A stretch of 20,000 nucleotides of DNA from assembly GCF_004765795.1 (NCBI RefSeq), contig NZ_SBIV01000009.1:109603-129602 (forward strand), written 5' to 3'. Of the stretch, positions 1 through 8,394 are shown in pieces. The notes below the pieces were generated by a model that did not search any database, was not told the origin of the DNA, and was given only the letters and a program-made list of their open reading frames with translations. Position 1 is the first letter of the stretch. Each line of letters opens with the position of its first letter. Source of the DNA: Halorussus marinus (lineage in GTDB: Archaea; Halobacteriota; Halobacteria; Halobacteriales; Haladaptataceae). The position numbers and the translations under genes were made by a program.

Positions 1-2
1 TG

Positions 3-641
3 GTCGAGGACGCCGCACAGGCCCACGGCGCGCAGTTCCGTGGCCGGAAGGTGGGATCGTTCGGCGACGCCGCCTGCTTCTCGTTTTACCCGACCAAGAA
101 CATGACCACCGGGGAGGGCGGGATGATCACGACCGACCGCGACGACGTCGCCGACCGCGCCGAGAGCTACGTCAACCACGGCCGACCCCCCGAGGGCGGC
201 TACGACCACGTCCGGGTCGGCCACAACTTCCGGCTGACCTCGATGGCGGCCGCGATCGGCCGGGTCCAACTGGAGCGGCTCCCCGAGTACAACGACGCCC
301 GGCGGGCGAACGCCGCCGCCCTGAACGAGGCGCTGGCCGACGCCGACGTGATCACGCCGACCGAGCCCGACGATCGCCGCCACGTCTATCACCAGTACAC
401 GATCCGGGCGAACGATCGGGACGCGCTGGCCGCACACCTCGACGACGCCGGGATCGCCACCGGGGTCTACTACCCGACGCCGATCCACGAACAGCCGGCG
501 TACGACGACGTCGACGACGCCGCCCCCGTCGCCGAGCGCACCGCCGAACAGGCCCTCTCGCTCCCGGTTCATCCGAACGTCTCCGAGCGAGACGTCAGAA
601 CGATCGCCAAAGCGGTCCGCGAGTACGACTCCGATTCATGA
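3..641 (+). CDS. DegT/DnrJ/EryC1/StrS-family PLP-dependent sugar aminotransferase (WbpE-like), 5'-truncated by the window edge
   Basis: Frame is open from base 3 (VEDAAQAHGA...). It contains SFYPTKNMTTGEGG with the PLP lysine, GHNFR, and a C-terminal LSLPVHP. The ORF-track start at 51 is internal. Confidence 0.95.
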   Translation, partial: VEDAAQAHGAQFRGRKVGSFGDAACFSFYPTKNMTTGEGGMITTDRDDVADRAESYVNHGRPPEGGYDHVRVGHNFRLTSMAAAIGRVQLERLPEYNDARRANAAALNEALADADVITPTEPDDRRHVYHQYTIRANDRDALAAHLDDAGIATGVYYPTPIHEQPAYDDVDDAAPVAERTAEQALSLPVHPNVSERDVRTIAKAVREYDSDS

Positions 642-1627
642 ACGACAACGCATCTCCGATCGACACAGCGGTACTGGGCGTCGGCAGCATGGGTCGCCAC
701 CACGCCCGCGTCTACAGCGAACTCCCCGACGTGAACCTCGTCGGCGTCTACGACCTCGACCGGGACGCCGCCCGCGAGGTGGCCGCCGACAACGGCACGC
801 GTGCCCTGCCGCTCGACGAACTGCTGGACGCCACCGACGCCGCCTCGATCGCCGTCCCGACGCCGTACCACGCCGAACTCGCCGAGGCGTGTATCGACAA
901 CGGCGTCGACGTGCTGGTCGAAAAGCCGTTCGTCGACGACCTCGACGCCGGCCGAGCGCTCCTCGACCGGGCCGAGGCGGCGGGCGTGACCGTGCAGGTC
1001 GGCCACGTCGAGCGGTTCAACCCGGCGGTCCGGGCGCTGGCCGACATCGTCGCCGACCTCGACGTGATCGCGGTCGACGCCCACCGGCTCGGGCCGCCCC
1101 CGGAGGGTCGAGCCGTCGACGAGAGCGCGGTGCTCGATCTGATGATCCACGACATCGACGTGGTGCTGGCGATGCTCGACGCCGAGGTCGCGGACGTGAG
1201 CGCCAACGGCGCGAAGTCCAACCAGTACGCCAGCGCGAACGTCCGGTTCGACGACGGCACCCTCGCGTCGTTCACCGCGAGCCGGGTGACCCAACAGCGG
1301 GTCCGGACGCTCGCGATCACGGCCGAGGACTGCCGGGTCAACGTCGACTACATCGACCGATCGGTCGAGATCCACCGCCACTCGCTTCCCGAGTACATCG
1401 AGGACAACGGCGACGTGCGCTACCGCCACGAGAGCATCGTCGAGCGCCCGACCGTCGAGACCGGCGAGCCGCTCAAAAACGAACTGGAGTCGTTCGTCGC
1501 GGCGGCCCGCGGCGAGCGCGAACCGGTGGTCTCCGGCGAGGACGGCCTCCGGGTCCTCGAAGTCGCCCGCCGGATCGACCGGGTCGCCGGTCGCGAGGCC
1601 CCCGAAGCCGAGGTGAGCGCGCGGTGA
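638..1627 (+). CDS. Gfo/Idh/MocA-family oxidoreductase (WbpB-like UDP-sugar 3-dehydrogenase)
   Basis: GVGSMG Rossmann motif, VLVEKP, GHVERFNP and DLMIHDID. ATGA overlap with the upstream stop. Confidence 0.93.
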   Translation: MNDNASPIDTAVLGVGSMGRHHARVYSELPDVNLVGVYDLDRDAAREVAADNGTRALPLDELLDATDAASIAVPTPYHAELAEACIDNGVDVLVEKPFVDDLDAGRALLDRAEAAGVTVQVGHVERFNPAVRALADIVADLDVIAVDAHRLGPPPEGRAVDESAVLDLMIHDIDVVLAMLDAEVADVSANGAKSNQYASANVRFDDGTLASFTASRVTQQRVRTLAITAEDCRVNVDYIDRSVEIHRHSLPEYIEDNGDVRYRHESIVERPTVETGEPLKNELESFVAAARGEREPVVSGEDGLRVLEVARRIDRVAGREAPEAEVSAR

Positions 1628-3015
1628 GCCTACAGGTCCACGGCCTCTACGGGAGCGAGGCGCCCGAGAGCGTCCAGCGGGCGGCGTTCCGGACCGGGCA
1701 AGTCCCGGTCGCGGTGTACGGCCTCGGGAAGATGGGGCTCCCGCTGGCGGCGGTGTACGCCGAGACGACCGGCAACGTCGTCGGCGCGGACGTCGATCCC
1801 GAGGTAGTCGAGGCGATCGACGCCGGGGAGTGTCACGTCGACCGCGAGCCCGGCCTGCCCGAGTTGGTCCGCGAGACCGTCGCGGCGGGGGCGCTCGAAG
1901 CGACCGACGATCCCCGAGAGGCGGCGGCTCGCGCCGCCGTCCACGTCGTCATCGTCCCGACCCCGATCACCGACGAGAAGGAGGCCGACCTCTCGATCCT
2001 GCGGTCGGTCGCCGGCGACATCGGCGCGAACCTCGACCCCGGCGACCTCGTGGTCGTCGAGTGCACGGTACCGCCCCGGACCTGCGAGGACCTCCTCCGG
2101 CCGTTGCTCGCCGACGCGGCGGGCCACGAGGCGTTCGGGCTCGCGTTCTGTCCCGAGCGCACCGCGAGCGGGCGCGCGCTCAGGGACATCCGGGGCGCCT
2201 ACCCCAAGGTGGTCGGCGGGATCGACGACGAGAGCACCCGAGTCGCCGAACTCGTCTACGACCACATCACGGACAACGAGGTGCTCGCGGTCTCGGACGC
2301 CACCACCGCGGAGGCGGTGAAGGTGTTCGAGGGCCTCTACCGCGACGTGAACATCGCACTGGCGAACGAGCTGGCGACGCTCACCGACGAGTTCGGGATC
2401 GACGTCAACGAGGCGATCGCGACCGCCAACACCCAGCCGTTCTGCGACATCCACGACCCCGGACCGGGCGTCGGGGGCCACTGCATCCCCTACTACCCGT
2501 ACTTCGTGATCAACGAGGTCGACGCCGACGCCCGACTGCTGTCGACCGCCCGCGAGGTCAACGACGCGATGCCGGCGTTCACCGTCGAGACGCTGGCTCG
2601 CGAACTCGACGCCGAGGGGACGAGTCCCGACGACGCGACCGTCGCGGTGCTGGGCCTGACCTACCGACCCGGCGTCGAGGAGATCCGGGCGACCCCGGCC
2701 GGCCCCATCGCCGAGCGGCTCTCGGCGCTCGGCGCCGAAGTCCTCGCGGTCGATCCGATGCTCGACGACGCCGAACCCTTCGAGGCCGAAATGGTATCGC
2801 GCGCGGAGCTTTACGGCGCCGATCTCGACGCCGCCGTGATGGTGACCCCCCACGAGGAGTTCGACGCCATCGAGTGGGAGCGGTTCGACCCGCTGGTCGT
2901 CGTCGACGGTCGCGGGAGCCTCGACCTCGCGGCCACCGACCACCGCGTCTACACCATCGGGAGCGGCCCGACGGGCGGACGCGACGCGGCGCTCTCCGAG
3001 GAGGTGGCCGAATGA
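1624..3015 (+). CDS. Nucleotide-sugar 6-dehydrogenase (WbpA/WecC-like, UDP-GlcNAc/ManNAc dehydrogenase family), 463 aa
   Basis: GTG start at 1624 overlaps the upstream TGA (GTGA). Motifs GLGKMG, CPER, KVFEGLYRDVNIALANE and GPGVGGHC (catalytic Cys). The track's extension from 889 is Arg-rich shadow frame. Confidence 0.93.
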   Translation: MSLQVHGLYGSEAPESVQRAAFRTGQVPVAVYGLGKMGLPLAAVYAETTGNVVGADVDPEVVEAIDAGECHVDREPGLPELVRETVAAGALEATDDPREAAARAAVHVVIVPTPITDEKEADLSILRSVAGDIGANLDPGDLVVVECTVPPRTCEDLLRPLLADAAGHEAFGLAFCPERTASGRALRDIRGAYPKVVGGIDDESTRVAELVYDHITDNEVLAVSDATTAEAVKVFEGLYRDVNIALANELATLTDEFGIDVNEAIATANTQPFCDIHDPGPGVGGHCIPYYPYFVINEVDADARLLSTAREVNDAMPAFTVETLARELDAEGTSPDDATVAVLGLTYRPGVEEIRATPAGPIAERLSALGAEVLAVDPMLDDAEPFEAEMVSRAELYGADLDAAVMVTPHEEFDAIEWERFDPLVVVDGRGSLDLAATDHRVYTIGSGPTGGRDAALSEEVAE

Positions 3016-4073
3016 AGGTCCTGACCGTGGTCGGGGCCCGACCGCAGTTCATCAAGGCCGCCGCGGTCTCGCGCGAGCTTCGCGAGCGCCACGAGGAGGT
3101 GCTGGTCCACACCGGCCAACACTACGACGAGGAGATGTCGGACGTGTTCTTCGAGGAACTGGGGATCCCGGAGCCCGACGCCAACCTCGGGGTCGGGTCC
3201 GACGACCACGGCGCCCAGACCGCCGAGATGCTGGTCGGGCTCGAAGACCTGATCGCCAGCGAGCGACCGGACGCGGTGCTCGTCTACGGCGACACCAACT
3301 CCACGCTCGCGGCGGCGATCGCCGCCGCGAAGATGGACCCCGCGCTGGCGCACGTCGAGGCCGGGCTCCGGAGCTACAACCGCGAGATGCCCGAGGAGAT
3401 AAACCGGGTCCTGACCGACCACGCCGCAGACCGGCTGTTCGCGCCCTCCGCGCGTGCGGTCGAGAACCTCGCCGCCGAGGGCGTGACCGACGGGGTCCGG
3501 GACACCGGCGACGTGATGTACGACGCGGTGCTGTGGGCGCGCGACCGGGCGACCGACCGCTCTACGGTCCTCGACGATCTCGGAGTCGACCCCGGCGAGT
3601 ACGTGCTTGCGACGGTCCACCGCGCGGCCAACACCGACGACCCCGACCGGCTCGCGGCCGTGCTCGACGCGCTGGCCGCCGACTCTCGCGAGGTGGTGTT
3701 CCCGGCCCACCCACGGACAGTAAACCGTATGCGCGAATACGGACTCTACGACGAGGCGCGCGACCGACTCACGCTCACCGATCCGGTGGGGTACCTCGAC
3801 TTCGTGCGCCTGCAGGACGCGGCGGCCGTCGTCGCGACCGACTCCGGGGGCGTCCAGAAGGAGGCGTTCTTCCTCGATACGCCCTGCGTGACGATGCGCG
3901 AGGAGACCGAGTGGCGCGAGACCGTCGCCGCGGGCTGGAACACCCTCGTGGGCGCCGACGGCGAGGCCATCAGCCGGGCGCTCGCGAGCGCCGACCCGCC
4001 GGCGGACAAGCCCCAGCCGTACGGCGACGGCACCGCCGCGGCGGCCATCGTCGACGGATTAGACGATGTCTGA
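3012..4073 (+). CDS. wecB: Non-hydrolysing UDP-N-acetylglucosamine 2-epimerase family (WecB/WbpI-like), 353 aa
   Basis: ATG at 3012 in an ATGA overlap. Motifs GARPQFIK, HTGQHYD, GDTNST, HVEAGLRS, MPEEINR and TDSGGVQKEA. Confidence 0.95.
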   Translation: MKVLTVVGARPQFIKAAAVSRELRERHEEVLVHTGQHYDEEMSDVFFEELGIPEPDANLGVGSDDHGAQTAEMLVGLEDLIASERPDAVLVYGDTNSTLAAAIAAAKMDPALAHVEAGLRSYNREMPEEINRVLTDHAADRLFAPSARAVENLAAEGVTDGVRDTGDVMYDAVLWARDRATDRSTVLDDLGVDPGEYVLATVHRAANTDDPDRLAAVLDALAADSREVVFPAHPRTVNRMREYGLYDEARDRLTLTDPVGYLDFVRLQDAAAVVATDSGGVQKEAFFLDTPCVTMREETEWRETVAAGWNTLVGADGEAISRALASADPPADKPQPYGDGTAAAAIVDGLDDV

Positions 4074-5097
4074 GCCGACGTCGGCGCCGATGCCCGGTGG
4101 CGCCGAGTTCGTCCTCCTGCTGACCCACGACGTCGACCGGCCGTACAAGTCGGTGCAGGCGCTCTATCACGCGGTCGAGCGCCGAGACCTGGGCCAGCTC
4201 CGGTCGCTTGTCCCCGGAACCAACCCGTGGTGGCAGTTCGAGGAGATCAGGGAGTTAGAGGCGTCGCTCGGGGTGCGGTCGGCGTTTTACTTCCTCCGGG
4301 AGAGACGCCTGCTCGAACGCGAGCCGAGCGACTGGCTCGATCCCTTCTACTGGATCGAGCACGTCGGACGCTACGATTTTACGGCCCCCGAGATGCGAGA
4401 TCTCCTCGCCGAACTCGACGAGGGCGGCTGGGAGGTCGGCCTCCACGGCTCGTACGACTCCTACGACGACCCCGACCGGCTCCAGCGCGAGAAGGCGCTG
4501 CTGGAGGCGGCGCTGGGGGGGTCGGTCGCGGGCGGGCGCCAGCACCACCTGAACCGGGGGCCCGAGACGTGGCGCCATCACCGCGAGATCGGACTGCGAT
4601 ACGACGCCACGCCGGGGTCGAGCACCGAGTACGGGTTCGAGCGGGGCTACGAACCGCTCCGGCCGTTCGACGACGAGTTCGTCGTGTTCCCGCTCACCCT
4701 GATGGAGGCCGCGCTCCCGGACCCCGGCGAACAGTTCGACCGGGCGTGGGCGGCGTGTGCGGATCTGCTCGCGGAAGCCGACGACAACGACGCCGTGATG
4801 ACGGTGCTGTGGCACCCGCGGCTGTTCACCGAGCGGGACTTCCCCGGCTACCGGTCGCTCTATCGGCGCCTCGTCGAGACCGCCCTCGAAATGGGCGCGT
4901 GGGTCGGCCCGCCGGGCGAGTACTACGAACTGCTCGACCACCCCGACGGATCGGCGTCCGGCGCCGAGTCCGACCGCCCGAACGGCGCGAACGCCGACGA
5001 CCGCGCGGGCCGCGGTGAGGGGCAGGGCGGCCCTACCTCGGGACAGGCGGGGGATAACAAAGTGAAAACCGCCGCTAATCGGGAGCCAACAGGATGA
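4066..5097 (+). CDS. Polysaccharide deacetylase family protein (CE4/NodB-like)
   Basis: LTHDVD, EVGLHGSY, GGRQH and LWHP motifs. About 48 low-complexity residues at the C-terminus. 8-nt overlap with wecB. Confidence 0.88.
   Translation: MSEPTSAPMPGGAEFVLLLTHDVDRPYKSVQALYHAVERRDLGQLRSLVPGTNPWWQFEEIRELEASLGVRSAFYFLRERRLLEREPSDWLDPFYWIEHVGRYDFTAPEMRDLLAELDEGGWEVGLHGSYDSYDDPDRLQREKALLEAALGGSVAGGRQHHLNRGPETWRHHREIGLRYDATPGSSTEYGFERGYEPLRPFDDEFVVFPLTLMEAALPDPGEQFDRAWAACADLLAEADDNDAVMTVLWHPRLFTERDFPGYRSLYRRLVETALEMGAWVGPPGEYYELLDHPDGSASGAESDRPNGANADDRAGRGEGQGGPTSGQAGDNKVKTAANREPTG
5054..5062 (+). promoter_or_regulatory. ATAACAAAG motif, copy 1 (starts 40 nt upstream of the GNAT ATG)
   Basis: Exact AT-rich 9-mer also found at 6550 and 9959, each time upstream of a + strand start codon. 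Confidence 0.6.
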
Positions 5098-6176
5098 GAG
5101 TCGAGCAACTCGAACTGTCCGAGTGGGAGTCGGCGCTGCCGAGCGACGGCTTCGAGGTCTTCCACCTGCCCGAGGCCCTGACCGTGATCGAGCGCCACAC
5201 CGACGCGGAGATGAAGCTGTTCGGCGGCTTCAAGGGCCAACAGCCCATCGCGCTGTTGCCCGCGTTCGTCCGCGAGCGGTCGGTCGGGACCGCCGTGACG
5301 TCGCCGCCGCCGGGACTCGGCATCCCGCGGCTCGGCCCGATCATGATGCCCACCAGCCCGAAGCGGCGCAAGCAGGAGAAAGTCAACCAGGAGTTCACCG
5401 AGAAGGTGCTCGCGCAGGTCGGCACCGACCTCGGGCTCGACGAGCGCCTCGCCGACGCGGGCGTCGAATCGCCGGTGGCCGAGTCGGTGCTCGATCGGCT
5501 CGACGTCGACTCGCGGCTGACGCTCTTCCGGATGATCTGTAACGCCGACTACGCGGACCCCCGGCCGTACGCGTGGGGGAGCCTCCGGGTCGAGCCCAAC
5601 TTCACGTACTTCCTCGATCTGAGCGGTCGAGACGCCGAGGCCGTCCGCAACTCCTTCTCGAAGAGCCTCCGGCGGGAGATCCGCGACGCCGAGGCGCTCG
5701 ACGTGAGCGTCGACACCGAGGGGCTGGCGGGCGCTCGGGACGTGTTCCGGGCGACCCGGCGGCGGTACGCCGAGCAAGACGAGCCGTTCACCCAGTCGTG
5801 GGCGTACGTCCGGAGCCTCTTCGAGGCGCTTGACGACCGCGCGCGGGCGTACGTCGCCCGCGGTCCCGACGGCGAGTACCTCTCGGGGATCACCGCCCTC
5901 TACTCGAACGACGCGGCGTACTTCTGGCAGGGCGGCGCGAAGGCGATCTACGAGGGAACCGCGGTCAACAGCCTGATCCACTGGCGGCTCATCGAGGATA
6001 TCATCGAGGACCCGCCGGTCGAGTCGGTCGACACCTACGACCTGATGGGCGCGAACACCGAGCGGCTCTGTCGGTACAAGGCGAAGTTCGGCGCCGACCT
6101 CGTCCCCTACTACGTGGTCGAGTCGTCGGGCGCGGCGATGGACGTCGCCAAACGGGCCTATCAGCTGGTCCAGTAA
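5094..6176 (+). CDS. FemAB-like GNAT-fold acyl/aminoacyl transferase
   Basis: LDLS...FSKSLRREIR, AYFWQGG, LIHWRLIE, YDLMG and YKAKFG follow the FemABX-like pattern. ATGA overlap with the deacetylase. Confidence 0.85.
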   Translation: MRVEQLELSEWESALPSDGFEVFHLPEALTVIERHTDAEMKLFGGFKGQQPIALLPAFVRERSVGTAVTSPPPGLGIPRLGPIMMPTSPKRRKQEKVNQEFTEKVLAQVGTDLGLDERLADAGVESPVAESVLDRLDVDSRLTLFRMICNADYADPRPYAWGSLRVEPNFTYFLDLSGRDAEAVRNSFSKSLRREIRDAEALDVSVDTEGLAGARDVFRATRRRYAEQDEPFTQSWAYVRSLFEALDDRARAYVARGPDGEYLSGITALYSNDAAYFWQGGAKAIYEGTAVNSLIHWRLIEDIIEDPPVESVDTYDLMGANTERLCRYKAKFGADLVPYYVVESSGAAMDVAKRAYQLVQ

Positions 6177-6243
6177 CGAACTCGACAGTCGCTCGCGAGC
6201 GTCCGTTTTCTCGCCGGCGCAGTTTCCGGCCGGAAGCGGCCGG

Positions 6244-6411
6244 CTACGCCATCTCGGCGATCTCGACGCCGGCGTCGGATTCGAGCCACGCGGCGTGGTT
6301 CCGGGTGTCGTAGACGACGACCCGGCCCTCGCCGTCGGTGAACGCGGCGTAGCGGTCGGTCTCGGGGCGGTTCTCCCGTCGGTCGTTCTCGCCGTCGTAC
6401 TTGGTGGTCAT
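6244..6411 (-). CDS. Small acidic haloarchaeal protein, 55 aa (resembles the family I recall as DUF7331)
   Basis: Hand translation: MTTKYDGENDRRENRPETDRYAAFTDGEGRVVVYDTRNHAAWLESDAGVEIAEMA*. Codons are GC3-rich and the ORF fills the intergenic gap. It has a VVYDxxNxxAWxxSD signature and is shorter than any ORF in the track. Confidence 0.8.
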   Translation of the reverse strand: MTTKYDGENDRRENRPETDRYAAFTDGEGRVVVYDTRNHAAWLESDAGVEIAEMA

Positions 6412-6549
6412 TGGATTCGCTCGCTGTGTCCCCGTTAGTGGGTTTCTATGAGTAACTCAGGGTCGAGGACTGATAAGTATTAGCACGGTGTGGAAACTCG
6501 CCCCACTGCCGTGTCCGCTTTTCGGAGCCTATCGGTCTACAGGCGCCCC

Positions 6550-6558
6550 ATAACAAAG
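6550..6558 (+). promoter_or_regulatory. ATAACAAAG motif, copy 2 (starts 50 nt upstream of ATG 6600)
   Basis: Exact repeat in a divergent intergenic region; context CCATAACAAAG is shared with copy 3. Confidence 0.65.
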
Positions 6559-6599
6559 CCCCGAGACGGGCACGGTTCGACGTACCTACCGCTCTCACC

Positions 6600-8393
6600 A
6601 TGGATTCGGACACCCACGCCTCCCGAACGCGGGAGAAAGTGACACTCCTCGTCGGTTTCGCGTCGCTCGCCGCGGCGGTGGCCATCGCCCACCGGTCGCC
6701 GCCGTCGGCGTACGAGCTGTCGATCTACGCCGGGACCCCGGCGGCGTTCTGGGTCGGTGCGGGCGCCGGTCTCGTCGCGTCGGTGTTCGTCTCGCTGACC
6801 GGACGGGGCCGGCGTCGACGGCTCGGGCTGGTCCTCGGCGGAGTCACCGCGCTCGCGATCGCCTCGCTGCCCGTGATCCGGTCGTACCACTTCTACGGCG
6901 CCGGCGACTCGCTCACTCACCTCGGATGGGCGAAAGACATCGCGGCCGGCCGGCTCTCGGTACTGGAGTTTCTCTACCCCGGGGTCCACACGATCGCGGT
7001 GATGATCGGCGACGTGACCGGGATGGCGCTGTCGCGCGCGCTGCTCGTGACGGTGGTGGCGTTCACCGCGGTGTTCGTGGTCTTCGTCCCGCTCGCGACG
7101 TGGGCGATGACCCGGGACCGCCGCGCCACCGCGGTCGCGGCCCTGTCGTCGTTTCTCTTCTTGCCCGTAAACAACCTCAGCGTCTTCGAGATGGCCCATC
7201 CGACCTCTCAGGCCATCATGTTCCTGCCGCTGGTGCTGTATCTGCTTGCCCGGTACGTGACCCGCGCCGACCGCGGGGGCCTGCCGATCGGGACCCCGAC
7301 GGGCGTGCTCGCGGCGCTCGCGTCGGTCGCGATCCTGCTGGTCCACCCCCAGCAGGCCGCCAACGTGGTGGTCGTGTTCGGCGCGGTGCTCGGAATCCAG
7401 TTGCTCTCGCGGTGGCTCGGGACGCCGGCCGCCGACCACAAGCTTCTGGGCTTCCAGACCGCCTTCGTGGCGGCGGCGTTCCTGCTGTGGGCGCCCCGCC
7501 ACGACCGAGCGTCGGGTGCCACCTCCTCGCTGGTCGAGATGCTACTGAGCGGATCCGAGATAGCCGGCGACGTCGGCGCGCAGGCGCTGTCGGTGTCTGC
7601 CATCGGCGGGAGCGTCGCGGTGCTCTTTCTGAAGCTCTTTCTGGTGAGTCTCGTGTTCGCCGCCCTCACCGCACTGCTGGTCTTCGACGGGCTCCGGGGC
7701 GGGCTCGAAGACCCCGACGCCAACGCCTTCGTCCGGTACTTCGGGGTCGGACTGATCCCGCTTCTGGGGCTTTTCGCGGCGTTCCTGCTCGTGAGCTACG
7801 CCGGGCTCCACTTCCGCCAGCTCGGGTTCGTGATGGTGCTCGGGACGATACTGGGCGCGCTCGCGATCGCCCGGGCCATCGAAACGCTTTCGACCCGGTT
7901 CTCGGCGGGAACCGCGAGGGCCGCGGTCGGCGTGGTCTTCGTCGTGATGCTGGCGCTCTCGGTCCCGACGCTATATCAGTCTCCGTACATGTATCAGGGG
8001 TCGGGCCACGTCACGCAGGCCCAGATGACCGGCTACGAACACTCGTTCGAGTACGCCGGCGACCCGTCGTTCTTCGGAATCAGAGGCACCGGCGAGCGGT
8101 ACGCGGACGGCACGCTCGGCTTCGAGGCGAGCCGAGAGCGTGCGCCCACCGCCGGGAGCCTCTACGCGAACACGAACGCCACCGGCGAGAACTTCACCGG
8201 ATCGTACATCGCCGCCAACCTCGGGGAGCGGTACCTCGCGTTCACCGACGCGACGCGCCAACAGGACGTGGCGGTGTATCGCGAACTCCGGTTCTCGGCG
8301 GCGGGCTTCCGGTCGCTCGACGCCACGCCGGGGATCGACCGCGTGCGGGCCAACCCCGACGCACAGACGTACCTGATCAACGGGACGCGATAG
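6600..8393 (+). CDS. Polytopic membrane protein of the glycan locus (candidate GT-C-type glycosyltransferase or Wzy-like polymerase)
   Basis: Roughly a dozen hydrophobic segments, a GDSLTHLG (DxxxH) loop, YPG and two HP motifs, and a soluble C-terminal domain. It lies 1 nt upstream of the flippase. The CDS is secure; the function is inferred. Confidence 0.75.
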   Translation: MDSDTHASRTREKVTLLVGFASLAAAVAIAHRSPPSAYELSIYAGTPAAFWVGAGAGLVASVFVSLTGRGRRRRLGLVLGGVTALAIASLPVIRSYHFYGAGDSLTHLGWAKDIAAGRLSVLEFLYPGVHTIAVMIGDVTGMALSRALLVTVVAFTAVFVVFVPLATWAMTRDRRATAVAALSSFLFLPVNNLSVFEMAHPTSQAIMFLPLVLYLLARYVTRADRGGLPIGTPTGVLAALASVAILLVHPQQAANVVVVFGAVLGIQLLSRWLGTPAADHKLLGFQTAFVAAAFLLWAPRHDRASGATSSLVEMLLSGSEIAGDVGAQALSVSAIGGSVAVLFLKLFLVSLVFAALTALLVFDGLRGGLEDPDANAFVRYFGVGLIPLLGLFAAFLLVSYAGLHFRQLGFVMVLGTILGALAIARAIETLSTRFSAGTARAAVGVVFVVMLALSVPTLYQSPYMYQGSGHVTQAQMTGYEHSFEYAGDPSFFGIRGTGERYADGTLGFEASRERAPTAGSLYANTNATGENFTGSYIAANLGERYLAFTDATRQQDVAVYRELRFSAAGFRSLDATPGIDRVRANPDAQTYLINGTR

Positions 8394-8394
8394 G

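Noticed and set aside
889..1623. N-terminal extension giving a 708-aa ORF
   Set aside because: It is an Arg/Gly-rich alternative frame over the oxidoreductase. The real gene starts at GTG 1624 in a GTGA overlap.
1830..3011. N-terminal extension giving a 747-aa ORF
   Set aside because: It is a shadow frame over the dehydrogenase. The epimerase starts at ATG 3012.
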